Shown here: positions 11,278 to 23,833 of the stretch, one piece after another
Position numbering within the stretch: the stretch's first letter is position 1
How the letters are laid out: every line of letters starts with the position of its first letter
NCBI GenBank assembly: GCA_964016885.1
Contig: OZ024741.1
Coordinates: forward strand, 56,482,001 to 56,546,000
Source of the DNA: Eledone cirrhosa
Lineage: Eukaryota
Reading direction: 5' to 3'
Length of the DNA: 64,000 nt
The notes under the pieces: model-generated
What the model was told of the DNA's origin: nothing
Databases searched by the model: none
Seen by the model: the letters and a program-made list of their open reading frames with translations, nothing else
Position numbers and translations under genes: made by a program

Positions 11278-13290
11278 AATGATTTCTTTATTAACCACAA
11301 GGGTTTACATAAAGTAGACATTAAGGACAGTGCAGGACAATACAGGACGGTACAAATGGGCATTTCTGCGTGTAAAAAACAAAAAAAGAGGATGTAACAA
11401 AAAAATAACAATGAAAATTTCCCCAATAGGGGGGAGACTTCGGAGGGACATTTGTGGAGAAAGCCCATTAAAAGGCCACAGTGACCCTGACCGCCAAGGC
11501 AAGTGCCCTGTCCCAGTTTTCCACCTTTAATTTACAGACACATACTCAGAGTAGGCCCATTCACTCGGGCCATTCTTGCTTCTCTCACCCATCTTTCAAC
11601 AAAATGCTGGGAAGAGAGCACTTCCCTCTCTACTCTGATTTTCCTTTTCAAATGAAATTTGAAAAAGTCAATCAGGGCATCACCGAAGAGGTAAGTGCTC
11701 GTCTTCAGCCCTTTCAAACGTGTCCACCATACTATCTCTTTCGCCATGGCCACCAGACAGATAAAAACTGCCTGCCCTTCCCGGCTAAAGGAAGAGGGCG
11801 GGGCAATCCTCACGATGGACTCAGCTGATAGCCGGATCCGTCCTACACGGGACAGCAGGTGTTCGACATAAACCCACAAGTCAGCAATTTTCGGACACTG
11901 GACGAGTGCGTGCACGACGGTTTCGTCGCCCTGCGTGCATCTCGGACATGTCCGGCTGACGGCACCTCCATGCCTGTAGAGTTTATCCCGAACTGGCAAG
12001 GCTCCTCGGTAGCACTGCCAGGCCAGGGATTTCTGGAAGTTGTCCATAGGCCTTGGCCCGAAAGTTCTTCCGAAGATATTGGCTAGTTGATTTTCGTCGA
12101 CGCCTAGAGTTTCCCCAAGTACGTCGTCGCTCTTCCCGTCCACTAATCCTCTATAGAACGTCGAGGTGGAGTTTCCACCGATCACATTGCCCGATTGGTC
12201 GAGGGCTGTGAGCGCCTGAAGACATTCCAGTCTCCAAGCGCTCTCTCTCGGTCTTCGCTTGACCCAGGACTGCAGCTCCGTCAAGGAAACGAGCTGGGGA
12301 AAGACGTGTCTAGCAAACGGCGACCACACCTGATCACCGTCGAGGAAGAGGTGGAGATGTCGTAGCCTGAGCGCGTGTCTGCGCATCATCAGCCACGGCA
12401 TGCCCAGCCCTCCACGTAGCGGGTGTTGACAACAGATGGACCGCCTGACCATCGGAACGCGTCCCTTCCACAAAAAGCGAAAGGGCAAACGCTCCAGCGC
12501 AGTCAGGAGGGGCTTAGGACAAGGTACGACGGTCAGGCGGTAGCAGATGACAGACGCGATGCACGCGTTAGCCACCTCCGCTCGACCTTTCAGGGATAGC
12601 TTCCTCTCCGCCCATTTCTGGATGAGAGAAGCCACTCTGCTCGTCACCTCGTCCCAGTTTTTGTCCGTCTGGAGGTCCGGACCGAACCAGACCCCAAGCA
12701 ATTTAACCCGTCCGTCCGTCCAGCGCCCGACGACGCTGTTGGACGGCATGGACCTGCCTCTCCAGGTGCCGAGCTGCAGGCCCACTGACTTTTCCTGGTT
12801 GATCATTGCTCCTGTCACCGCTTCGTATTCTCTTAGTGTAGTGCCGATCGCCTCGATGTGTTTGGCGTTCGATACCACTACGGTGACATCGTCCGCATAT
12901 GCTGACACGGATCTTCCGCATCCTAGTTCGCGCGGGATGCCCCTCAACGTCTCCAGTTTGTGCAGTAATGGCTTGAGAGTCAATACGTACAAGAGGGACG
13001 AGAGGGGACATCCTTGGCGGACCGAGCGCATGATGTTGAACGGTTCCGAAAGGTGACCGTTCACTCTCACCACAGAGCAGATGTCGCTGTGCATGGCAGC
13101 GATCCAGCCTCTGAAGACGGGCCCAAAGCCAGCCGCCCTCAGGACTGCCGCTAGCTAACGATGGTCGACCCTATCGAAAGCTTTCGACTGATCTAAATTG
13201 ATCAAGGACCCACCCGTGCCAGGTTCCCTAGCTACCCTTTCTACGATGTATCGCATGAGGTGGAGGTTGTCGTGGATGGATCTGTCGGGA
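11278..13290 (-). mobile_element. Tx1/L1-clade non-LTR retrotransposon, 5'-truncated (ORF2 RT and C-terminal zinc-binding region, 3' UTR, (TTA)n tail)
   Basis: LINLDQSKAFDRVDH (13155-13210), then ORF 11532-13094, then 3' UTR ending gtggttaataaagaaatc + (att)n. Confidence 0.92.
11532..13094 (-). CDS. Tx1-like ORF2 fragment (RT and zf-RVT-like region)
   Basis: SVRQGCPLS, SAYADDVT, LLGVWFG, KLSLKGRA, GGLGMP, CPRC...ETVVHALVQC. Confidence 0.9.
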   Translation of the reverse strand: MHSDICSVVRVNGHLSEPFNIMRSVRQGCPLSSLLYVLTLKPLLHKLETLRGIPRELGCGRSVSAYADDVTVVVSNAKHIEAIGTTLREYEAVTGAMINQEKSVGLQLGTWRGRSMPSNSVVGRWTDGRVKLLGVWFGPDLQTDKNWDEVTSRVASLIQKWAERKLSLKGRAEVANACIASVICYRLTVVPCPKPLLTALERLPFRFLWKGRVPMVRRSICCQHPLRGGLGMPWLMMRRHALRLRHLHLFLDGDQVWSPFARHVFPQLVSLTELQSWVKRRPRESAWRLECLQALTALDQSGNVIGGNSTSTFYRGLVDGKSDDVLGETLGVDENQLANIFGRTFGPRPMDNFQKSLAWQCYRGALPVRDKLYRHGGAVSRTCPRCTQGDETVVHALVQCPKIADLWVYVEHLLSRVGRIRLSAESIVRIAPPSSFSREGQAVFICLVAMAKEIVWWTRLKGLKTSTYLFGDALIDFFKFHLKRKIRVEREVLSSQHFVERWVREARMARVNGPTLSMCL

Positions 13291-13299
13291 ATGATAATA

Positions 13300-13470
13300 A
13301 TGATTTCTTTATTGGCCACAAGGGCTGACATCAAGAAAAACATTACAGACGGCACAGGACGGTACAGGACGGTACGATGTGGGTTTTGTGCGTGTAAAGA
13401 TTTTTATTATTTATATAAGAAAAGAAAAAAAGACACAGAAACATATATATAAACAATAAAAATGAAAATT
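13300..13470 (-). mobile_element. Tx1-like 3' UTR fragment
   Basis: Ends cccttgtggccaataaagaaatc + attatt and is similar to 11280-11400. Confidence 0.7.
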
Positions 13471-13489
13471 GAATATAATAATAATAATA

Positions 13490-14165
13490 ATTGTTTCTAC
13501 TTTAGGCACAAGGCCAGCAATTACCCAGTACATTAATGGTACTTTATTTTATCGACCCCGTAAGGATGAAAGGCATAATGGTTTCTGATTTAGGCACAAA
13601 GCCAATAATTTTGGGGAGAGGAAAGTCGATTAAATCGACCTCAGTGTGTTACTGGTACTTTATTTTATCAACCTCTTAAGGATGAAAGGCAATGTTAACC
13701 TCGGCGGGATTTGAACTCAGATCATAAAGGGCCGTAACTCTATGCTGAAAAGCATGTTGTCCGACGCTCTACCGATACCGCCATTAATAATAATAATGGT
13801 TTCTACTTTTGACACAAGGCCAGCAATTATCCCAGTACATTACTGGTACTTTATTTTATCGACCCCGTAAGGATGAAAGACAAAGTTAACCTCGGCGGGA
13901 TTTGGACTCAGACCGTAAAGGGACGTAATTATGCTGGAAAGCATGGCGTCCGACTCTCTCCCAATATGCCAATCCACCACTAATGATGGTTTCTGATTTC
14001 GGCAGAAGGCCAGCAATTTCTGGGAAGAGGAAAGTCGATTAAATCGACATCAGTACATTACTGGTACTTTATTTTATCGATCTCGTAAAGATGAAAGACA
14101 AAGCTAACCTTGGAGGGATTTGAACTCAGAACGTAAAGGGACGTAACTATATGCCACGAAGCATG
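13490..14165 (-). mobile_element. Tandem cluster of at least four SINE family 2 copies
   Basis: Repeated ggtactttattttatcgaccccgtaaggatgaaaggc, B box (gttcaaatcc on minus) and gtttct..ttt.ggcacaaggccagcaat ends, separated by short taa runs. Confidence 0.85.
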
Positions 14166-14369
14166 TATAAGCTGGGTTCACATCAAGAAAAACATTAAGA
14201 ACAGCGCAGGACAAAACATTGAGTATATGTGTGTGTGGGTTAATGTGTGTGTGTCTTGATGTGTGTGTGTGTATTGATTTGTGTGTGTATTGATGTGAAT
14301 GTGTGTTGATGTGTATGTGTGTTGATGTGTGTGTGTTGGTGTGTGTGTCTGTTGATCTGTCCTGCACGT

Positions 14370-14895
14370 GACAGCATATGTTCAACATAAACCCACAGGT
14401 CAGCAATGCTCGGGTACTGAACAAGTTCATGCAGGACGGTCTCGTCGCCCTGTGCACAGTTCGGACATGCTTGGCCGACGTCACTTCTAAGCCTGTAGAA
14501 CTGAAAAAACTCCCCGGTAGCACTGCCAAGCTAGGGATTTCTGGTAGTTGTCCATCGGTTCTGGACCAAAAGTTCTCCGGAAGAGAGCGGTTAGCTGCTT
14601 GTCATCGACATTCAGGGTTTCCCCGAGAATGTCGTCGTTTTCCCCTATCACTAATCATCCATAGAACGCCATGGTGGCGTTTACACCAACCACAGTGCCG
14701 GATTAGCTGAGGAATGTAAGAGCTTGAAGACATTCCTGTTTCCAAGCGCTCCCTCTCGGTCTTTGCTTGACCCGAGACGGTAGCTCCGTCATGTGAAAGA
14801 GCTGAGGAAAAATATGCCTGCACGCTTTCTAAAAATGGCGATTTTTCTGTTAACCACAAAGGGTTTATATGAAGAAAACATTAAGGACAGCACTA
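14370..14895 (-). mobile_element. Decayed Tx1-like ORF2 fragment plus 3' UTR remnant
   Basis: 14378-14800 aligns by eye with 11855-12300. 14840-14892 resembles the Tx1 3' UTR. Confidence 0.75.
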
Positions 14896-14904
14896 AGAAT
14901 AATA

Positions 14905-16573
14905 AAACCCCTGGCCCAAAAGATCTAGTTGGCACTCGGCGGGGAGTAGCCGTGTTGATAATTGTCCTAGAGGTGAACAAAATTACCCCTTCAATGTCTA
15001 CAGACAAAAACACATGCCGGATTGGTCGTATCCGGGTCAACAACGGCCATGTCCTGCCAAGGGTCGAAAAGTCTGTAGCTTGAAACGAGCTCTTCTCTAA
15101 ATACGGATGTGCATGGTCACTTGTACGAAAGTAATCCCAATCCAAGCCCTCCAAGTTCAGCACAAAGAAGACAAAAACTCAACGTATAAAATGGACTCGA
15201 GAAGAGTATAAAAAAATGATATACCGTACGCATTCTATCATTCATTAAGCAAACCATCGGAATCAAAACACACAGTAAATTCTTTTAGGGTACGGTAGGG
15301 AAGAAATTCAAAAAGTGAGACCAAACTTTGACGAAAACAAATTTGCAAATGTAAGAAGAGATATTCTTAGAAACAAGAGACTAACAGCTGCAGGGTTAAA
15401 TAAAATTAAGAAGAATGGTGAAAGAGGTTTGAGAATACCAATATTAGAAAAGGATGGAAATAGATGTTACAGAAGAGAAACCACAAAAATGATTAACTAT
15501 GTTGTCACTAGAAGATATTTCACCAACACTAGAAAGGTTTCAGAACACTACGGAGCAAGGTCAAGCTGAAAGACATTAACAATATGGATGCGGATATTTC
15601 TACTGATCAGCATAAAGATCAGATAGAACAAACAAAACAAGAAATTCTCAATGAACTTGGACCCCCCACCCCCCCAAAAAAAACAAAACATTAGTATGAG
15701 TCCTTGCAAATGTTCACAAGCAAACAGCCAGAACAAAAGACACATAAGAACTGGAAATCAGGCTGTTAAATCAATAATTGAATAGATGGAGTCTAATGTA
15801 TCAAAATTGAATAAGGTTATTCATGTAGCAGCAACGGTAATAGAAAAGAAACTTCCCTGAAGATAAGAATTGAAAAAAGAATTGAAATGATGAGGGGAGA
15901 AACATCGATTCTGGATGAAATATGTGCTGGGAAATCTGTCAAGTCAAGAAAAGGAAGGGACGTGATTAAGAAATACAAAGTAACTTCAAAACCTGATATT
16001 CCATCAACCAAAGAAACCCTGAAACAGAAAGTAGAGCTGAAAGCCCAAAGAATCAGAAGATTTGAAAAGCAAATCAAGTTTTACAAATAAAATAAGCTGT
16101 TTACGCCAGATGCAAAAAGGTTTCACAAGGAAATTGGGGTACAGACAATTCATGTAAAGGAACCTCCTTCAATTCACGAGATTGAAGAATTTTGGAAAAC
16201 AGTGTGAAGAAATCTCATAATGCAAATGCAGAATGGATAAAGAACAGACAATTATTTAGAAAGGCAAACTTGGCAAGACATAATTATGGAAGAAGTGGAG
16301 TTAGTATTAAAGAAAACCAAAAAATGGTAATATCTTGGCATTGATAAAGTGCCAAACTGCTGGTCATCTTCTCTAACTGCTACCCATGATAAGTTGGCAA
16401 AATGATATAACGAAATTATGCGCAACCCCGAGAAAACTCCTGATTGGTTTGCACAAGGTATAACGTATTTCTTGCCAAAATCGACAGAAACAAATATTGT
16501 AAAAAATTATCATCTTATCACTTTCCCTCCCTCATCATACACAATTCTCACCTTGACTGAGACAACCTACAAG

Positions 16574-16611
<38 letters not shown>

Positions 16612-18960
16612 CTTCTTCTTCTTCTTCTTCTTCTTCTTCTTCTTCTTCTTCTTCTTCTTCTTCTTCTCCCACATCCTCCTGCTTCTTCTTCTTCTTCTTC
16701 TTCTTCTTCTTCTTCTTCTTCTTCTTCTTCTTCTTCTTCTTCTTCTTCTTCTCCTTCTTCTCCTCCCACATCCTTCTTCTTCTTCTTCTTCTTCTTCTTC
16801 TTCTTCTTCTTCTTCTTCTTCTTCTTCTTCTTCTTCTTCTTCTTCTTCTTCTTCTTCTTCTTCTTCTTCTTCTTCTTCGTCGTCGTCGCTTTGGTTGTCG
16901 TACACCCTTGGTTCAATCAAGAAGTCAAATATGTCATCCGAGCAAAAAAAGAGGCCTGCAAAGCTTGGCTTGTATATAAGTCCTCCTTCTTGCACTTGCG
17001 GTACAAGCAGGCGTGAAATGTTGCAGCAGAGACAGTAAAGGCGTCCAGAGTTAAGACATGGAAGGACTTTGAGTTTCAGCTGGAATTCGACTTCAGATCA
17101 GCAAATAAAGTGTTTTGGCAGACTATCCGACGACTTCGTAATAAGAAATTTTCATCCACACCTGTTATCAGGAATGCACCTGTGGTTCTCCTCTCTTCAG
17201 AAAGGTGCATCCACGGGTGGTGGAGAGTATACCTTGCCGGTCTTCTAAACCCGGTCACAAAAGTATCTTCTGATGTATACAAAGTGCATTCTGGAGCGAT
17301 GACTCATATCTCGGACGCTGAGATCACAAGAACAATTAAAGAGCTTAAATGGGGAGGATGAAATCCGGCTCGAGATGTTAAAAGACTTACTTAGAGAAGG
17401 TATTATCTGACTGACTCATATGTGCCGGATCACTGGAAAGGCACCTAATCAATGTCAATCGGGAGTTATAATTCCAATTTTCAAATAGGGAGACAAGAAA
17501 GATTGCTCTAATTATAGAGGAATCCCCTTGTTAAGCCTCCCCGGTAAAGTTAATGCTGGCAAATGTCTGGCAAAGATATGTATGGAGATTGTCGAGTCCA
17601 AGGTAGCTGCTGAACAGTGTGGTTTCCACCCCGAATGCAGCACAGCCGACCAAATATTCACACTGCGGCAGGTCTTTGAGAAATCGTGGGAGTACTGCCA
17701 AGAGGCGTATGCTTACTACATAGGCCTCGAAAAGCCATACAAGCGCTTTCCACGGGACTTGCTGTGGAAGGTCCTGCAGGAGTATGGGATCGATGGACCT
17801 ACAAATTTATGGATGAAAATCATCTTTCTTCTATTGAGCAGAATAATTGTCCCCGTGAGTCTTACGGTTACAAAGACCAACTTCTCATTAACCGTATGAT
17901 TTCGGAAAACTGTCATAACAAGTGCATAAGTTTGGATGCTGCTTGGATTGACTATAAAATGCATTTCATAGTGTTCCCCACTCACAGATTTCAAAAATTA
18001 GGGATGTTCTGAAAATGTCCCCAGTAATATCAAACATTCCAGAAATACTTGTCTGTATCGAATACCAATCTATCACTGATGCACAGTGATGGAACTATAA
18101 TTTCTAGCAACATAAACATTTATTGTGGTATTTTTCAAGGTGATACGTTTTCTCGTTTGATAGTTTGCATTGCACTTATAACTTAGTCGTTAGCGTTCAA
18201 CAAAACAAAATATGACTACAAAATGAACAGCAAAACCATAAACCAGCTGTTTTATGTGGATGACTTGAAACTGTATGTAAAAACTGACAACGAATTGGAA
18301 GGATTGCAGAAGACAGTTATGGTGTTCAGCGATGGTGTAGGGATGGAGTTTGGACTGGAAAAATGCGCCAAAGCAACATTCAAGAAAGGCAGAATGACAG
18401 CACAAACTCAATGGAAATAGATGTGAATACAGTAATTAGGGGACTAGAACAGGAAAAAGCCTACAGCGAATTGGAAGGACAGATGAAGATAGTTAAGGTG
18501 TTCAACGATGGTGTAGGGATGGAGTTTGGATTTGAAAAGTGCGCAAAATCAACATTCCAGAATGGTAAAATGACAAACACAAACTCAATGGAAATGTGAA
18601 TACATAAAATTAAGGAACTAGAACAAGAACACGCCTACAGATATCTAGGGATCAATGAAGGCATTCATTACGCTAGCATGAAAGAAAGAATCAAGAAAGA
18701 ATGCTACCAAAGAGTATGTGCTGTCTTAAAAACTAAGCTCAGCTCAAAGAATAAAATATCTACCATAAATGCGCTTGCAATTCCAGGTGTTACCTATAGT
18801 TTCAATATCATACATTAGAACGCTAATGAAATAAAGAAAGTGGACACCAAAATCAGGAAACTTCTTACCTGTAATGAACTACATCACCCGAAAGCAGATG
18901 TGGATTACCTCTATCTCCATGGAAAAAAACGAAGGCAGAGGAATGATCCAGCTTGAGAAA
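14905..18960 (+). mobile_element. R4/Dong-type family C, decayed near-5'-complete copy interrupted by an RTE insertion
   Basis: N-terminal RIKWTREEYK and DENKFANVRRDILRNKRLT; LKQK...KAQRIRRF; TPDWFAQGITY; after the insertion KDQLLIN, AWIDYK, GIFQGD, LFYVDDLKL, MEFGLEKCAK, YRYLG, HHPKAD. Many stops and frameshifts. Confidence 0.85.
16573..17796 (+). mobile_element. RTE-clade fragment with an inverted (AAG/AAC)n-tailed end, inserted into Dong family C
   Basis: PWFNQEVK...KKEACKAWL, NYRGI..LSLPGKV, EQCGF...STADQIFTLRQVFEKSWEY. Flanked by the direct repeat acctacaa (16565-16572 and 17797-17804). Confidence 0.8.
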
Positions 18961-18974
18961 AATATTAATTATTG

Positions 18975-19652
18975 TACCCATCTTTTCTCGGAACAAGGAC
19001 GGTGAGGATGAACATTTTCGGAATTCCACTAGCAGTAAACATCTGGTGGATATTAGCCTCCATCGTCCTAAAGGGAAACAACACCTGGAGGTGAAACGAA
19101 CACGACGCAAGAACTGGTTGCTTGCTCAACGAACTCAGGTCACTAGCCATGGATGTAACTGCCGTCAGCGAGACCAGAATTCGCGAAACGCGGATCCGGC
19201 TATCGACCCATACGCCCCACCGCCTTCTAGTATCCGGGAAAGGCAGATAGTTTTCCTGTTTGGTGGTCATGGCGAAAGAGGTTGTATGATGGACGCGGTT
19301 GAAACCCTCATCAACCTTTTCAAGTTCCACTTGGAAAGGAAGATGAAGGTGAAGAGGGAAGTGCTAACCCCGTGTACATTTGTTGAAAGATGGGTGAATG
19401 CGGCGATGATGGCCCGAGTGAATGGGCCTACTTTGACCATGCGCCTGTAGGCTAGAAGGGCACCTTCCGATTATGCTGTTGGAGACTAGGGTGTTTTAGG
19501 ATTTGTGGGTTTCTAAGTTACCACTGGGTGGTACGTCCATCTATTGAAGAATTTAAATGTTATAAAAAAATTTGTTGTTAATTGATACTTAACCTTTTTT
19601 TACACGTTTTATGTATTGTCCTTTAAGAGTCGGTCTTAGTGGCCAATAAAGA

Positions 19653-19655
<3 letters not shown>
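18975..19655 (+). mobile_element. Tx1-like internally deleted fragment with 3' UTR and (TAA)n tail
   Basis: LINLFKFHLERKMKVKREVL...FVERWVNAAMMARVNGPTLTMRL matches the C-terminus of the 11532 ORF. Ends gtggccaataaagaa + (taa)n. Confidence 0.8.
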
Positions 19656-19685
<30 letters not shown>

Positions 19686-19701
19686 ACTAATAATAATAAT
19701 A

Positions 19702-19843
19702 ATGATTTCTTTATTAACCACAAGGGTTTACATAAAGTAGACATTAAGGACAGTACAGGACAATACAGGACGGTACAAATGGGCATTTCTGCGTGTAAAA
19801 AAAACAGAGGATGAAATAAAATAACAAAGAAAAATTCCCCAAT
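19702..19843 (-). mobile_element. Tx1-like 3' UTR fragment
   Basis: Near-identical to 11280-11427. Confidence 0.8.
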
Positions 19844-19844
19844 A

Positions 19845-20835
19845 ATGCTGAAATGGAAAACACAGAAAAAGCAAAGCAGGTAAAAGTAACTGCAAAGAAA
19901 GAACTGCTACAGAAACTGGCTAAGAAATGGCAAGAAAAGCCTCTGTATGGAAAATACCCAGAGCGAGCTAACAATCCTGATGTTGACAAAACTTTAACCC
20001 ATCAGTGGTTGGCATCCTCTGGACTGAAATCGGAGACTGAAGGACTGATTATATCAGCACAAGATCAGTGTCTGCCAACAAAAAATTACCAAGCCAACAT
20101 AATAAAAAATGGGTGCAGCCCATTATGCCGTGTATGCAAAAAACAACCAGAGACCATTGACCATATAATTTCAATGTGCAGTCCTATAGCTCCAACCGAA
20201 TACCTAAACAGGCATGACAGAGCTGCACAATACATACATTGGATAATGTGTAAGCATTTTGACCTGCCCCATCAAAAGAATTGGTGGGAGCATCAACCAC
20301 CTCCCATACTTGAAAAAGATCACATCTCAATCTTGTGGAACTTTAGCATCCAAACAGACCGAAAAATAGATGCAAATAGACCTGATATAATATTGAAGGA
20401 CTTTAAAAAGAGGGTATGCCTGCTAATTGATATGTCTGTTCCAATAGACAAGAATGTATCTATAAAAACATTTGAAAAATTGAGCAAGTATAAGGACCTG
20501 GAGATAGAAATTGGAAAAATGTGGAAATTGAGAACTAAAACAATACCAGTGGTTGTAGGCGCTCTGGGAATGATACCTAAGGGGTCTAATGACTACTTAT
20601 CGCAAATCCCAGGAAACCCGCGTATAGGAGAAATACAAAAGATAGTACTAATGGGAACTGCCCATATACTAAGGAAGATTCTGTCAATATAAGTACATCA
20701 CAAGTCTAAACACTAAAGATGCATGTGTGAATATGTATGTTCTTTCTTGAACATGGCGGACCTTGTTGTCTCTTGAGGTCACTGGTTGTGACTTGGTGAT
20801 AACTCGTATGAACATAAAGCAAGATAAATGCAACT

Positions 20836-20837
<2 letters not shown>
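19845..20837 (+). mobile_element. R4/Dong-type family B, 3' portion (CCHC and REL open in ORF 19853-20692)
   Basis: AQDQCLPT, CRVC...ETIDHIISMC, RHD, NRPDII, LIDMSVP, KLSKY, VVVGALG; followed by (TAA)n. Confidence 0.92.
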
Positions 20838-20930
<93 letters not shown>

Positions 20931-20933
<3 letters not shown>

Positions 20934-22787
20934 CAAAATCACTGGAAGCTGGAGAAGTTAATATTAATTGTGGAATTTTTCAGGGTGACTCTTTATCACC
21001 GCTTTTATTCTGCATCGCACTTATACCATTAAGTAAAATGCTCAATGAAACAAAACATGGATATAAAGTCTATGACAAAACCATTAATCACTTGTTCTAC
21101 ATGGATGACCTGAAACTATTTGCAAAAAATGATGAACAATTGCAAGGGCTATTATCCACTGTGGAGCAGTTCAGTGATGACATTAAAATGGAGTTTGGAC
21201 TAGATAAATGCGCCAAAGCAACGTTCACCAGAGGAAAGCTGCTGAAGAGTTCAGACATTAATCTTGATCGGGGGAACGTGATAAGAGAACTTGATCAAGA
21301 AAAAACTTACAAATATCTACGTGTTTGTGAAGGAGACGGAATCAAGCACTCGACAATGAGGGAAAGGATAAGGAAGGAATGTTACCGCAGAGTAAGAGCA
21401 ATCTTAAGAACGGAATTGAATGCAAGGAATAGGATCGATGCCATAAACACGCTTGCCATACCAGTAGTAACCTACAGTTACAATGTCATCAACTGGTCAA
21501 GCACAGAGATCCGTAGGCTCGATACAAAAATTCGAAAATTCTTAACCATGCACAGAATGCATCACCCTAAGGCAGATATAGATAGAATATATCTCCCTAG
21601 GAAAGAAGGAGGACGTGGGTTAATCCAGTTAGACATTGCGTTGAAAACTGCAACAATTGGATTATCTACATATCTAAGGGAATCACATGATTGGATGATC
21701 AAACTCGTTTTGAAACACGAAAGCGTCAAAAGATCATATTCCATTACAAAAGATGCACAAAGATACAGTAATGGACTACAAATTTCAGAAGTCCCATTTA
21801 CTGCTGAAATGGAAAACACAAAAAAAGCAAAGCAGGTAAAAGTAACTGCAAAGAAAGAACTGCTACAGAAACTGGCTAAGAAATGGCAAGAAAAGCCTCT
21901 GTATGGAAAATACCCAGAACGAGCTAACAATCCTGATGTTGACAAAACTTTAACCCATCAGTGGTTGGCATCCTCTGGACTGAAATCGGAGACTGAAGGA
22001 CTGATTATATCAGCACAAGATCAGTGTCTGCCAACAAAAAATTACCAAGCCAACATAATAAAAAATGGATGAAGCCCATTATGCCGTGTATGCAAAAAAC
22101 AACCAGAGACCATTGACCATATAATTTCAATGTGCAGTCCTATAGCTCCAACCGAATACCTAAACAGGCATGACAGAGCTGCACAATACATACATTGGAT
22201 AATGTGTAAGCATTTTGACCTGCCCCATCAAAAGAATTGGTGGGAGCATCAACCACCTCCCATACTTGAAAAAGATCACATCTCAATCTTGTGAAACTTT
22301 AGCATCCAAACAGACCGAAAAATAGATGCAAATAGACCTGATATAATATTGAAGGACTTTAAAAAGAGGGTATGCCTGCTAATTGATATGTCCGTTCCAA
22401 TAGACAAGAATGTATCTATAAAAACATTTGAAAAATTGAGCAAGTATAAGGACCTGGAGATAGAAATTGTAAAATGTGGAAATTGAGAACTAAAACAATA
22501 CCAGTGGTTGTAGGCGCTCTGGGAATGATACCTAAGGGGTCTAATGATTACTTATCGCAAATCCCAGAAAACCCGCGTATAGGAGAAATACAAAAGATAG
22601 TACTAATGGGAACTGCCCATATACTAAGGAAGATTCTGTCAATATAAGTACATCACAAGTCTAAACACTAAAGATGCATGTGTGAGTATGTATGTTCTTT
22701 CTTGAACATAGCGGACCTTGTCTCTTGAGGTCACTGGTTGTGACTTGGTGATAACTCGTATGAACATAAAGCAAGATAAATGCAACT

Positions 22788-22790
<3 letters not shown>
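20931..22790 (+). mobile_element. R4/Dong-type family B, 5'-truncated (RT C-half, CCHC, REL; nonsense mutations)
   Basis: GIFQGDSLSPLLF, ORF 21038-22072 with LFYMDDLKL and GGRGL, then a REL region with stops. (TAA)n lies on both sides. Confidence 0.92.
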
Positions 22791-22848
<58 letters not shown>

Positions 22849-22871
22849 GTATTGTTGTTGTCGTTAATTAG

Positions 22872-23070
22872 ATTGGCATTATCGATAGAGCCTCGAACAA
22901 CACGCTTTGCGGCATAGAGTTACGGCCCTTTATGTTCTGAGTCCAAATCCCGCCGAGGTTAACTTTGCCTTTCATCCTTACGGGGTCGATAAAATAAAGT
23001 ACATCTAACGGATTTAATCTACTTTCCACTCATCGCAAAATTGTTGGCCTTGTGCCTAAATCAGAAACAA
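22872..23070 (+). mobile_element. SINE family 2, full-length copy
   Basis: A box tggcattatcg, B box gagtccaaatcc, body gcctttcatccttacggggtcgataaaataaagtac, end ggccttgtgcctaaatcagaaac. Confidence 0.8.
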
Positions 23071-23246
23071 GTGTTAGTTGTAATAGTTCTGTATTCCCAA
23101 ATCTGAAATTTATCAAACATGACATGAAAGATGACTTCACGAAAAATCATTATTTTTTCACTGATTGTCTAGACAGTATGGGGAAAATATTGCGATTAAA
23201 TTGTATATGATTAGATTATATGAAGTAGAATGCTTACCCACTCTAA

Positions 23247-23282
<36 letters not shown>

Positions 23283-23417
23283 CACACCACCCGCGTATAA
23301 AGTCACAACGGCGATATTCACACATATATAATACATATATCCTTATAAACATACAAATATGCAATTAAATGAATGCATACATAAAAACAAACATACATAC
23401 ATATAAACATATACACA

Positions 23418-23507
<90 letters not shown>

Positions 23508-23833
23508 TACATACATACATACATACATACATACTGAAACTTGGAGCGGAAGCAGTCATTATACCAGCATTAAGTAATGCATGGGTACATACCCCGCAAG
23601 CCAAAGGACACCAACAGCAGAAGAAGAAGAATTTCTTTTGAACCTGAAATTGATACATTATATTCAATATGGAGAGGCCTATCTTCACTATTCAGAAACA
23701 ATAGATAGCTAATAAATACCTGAGCAATAAAATACATAAAGACACCTCTACACCTAGTATGTATGTATGTATGTATGTATGTATGTATGTATGTATGTAT
23801 GTATGTATGTATGTATGTATGTATGTATGTATT

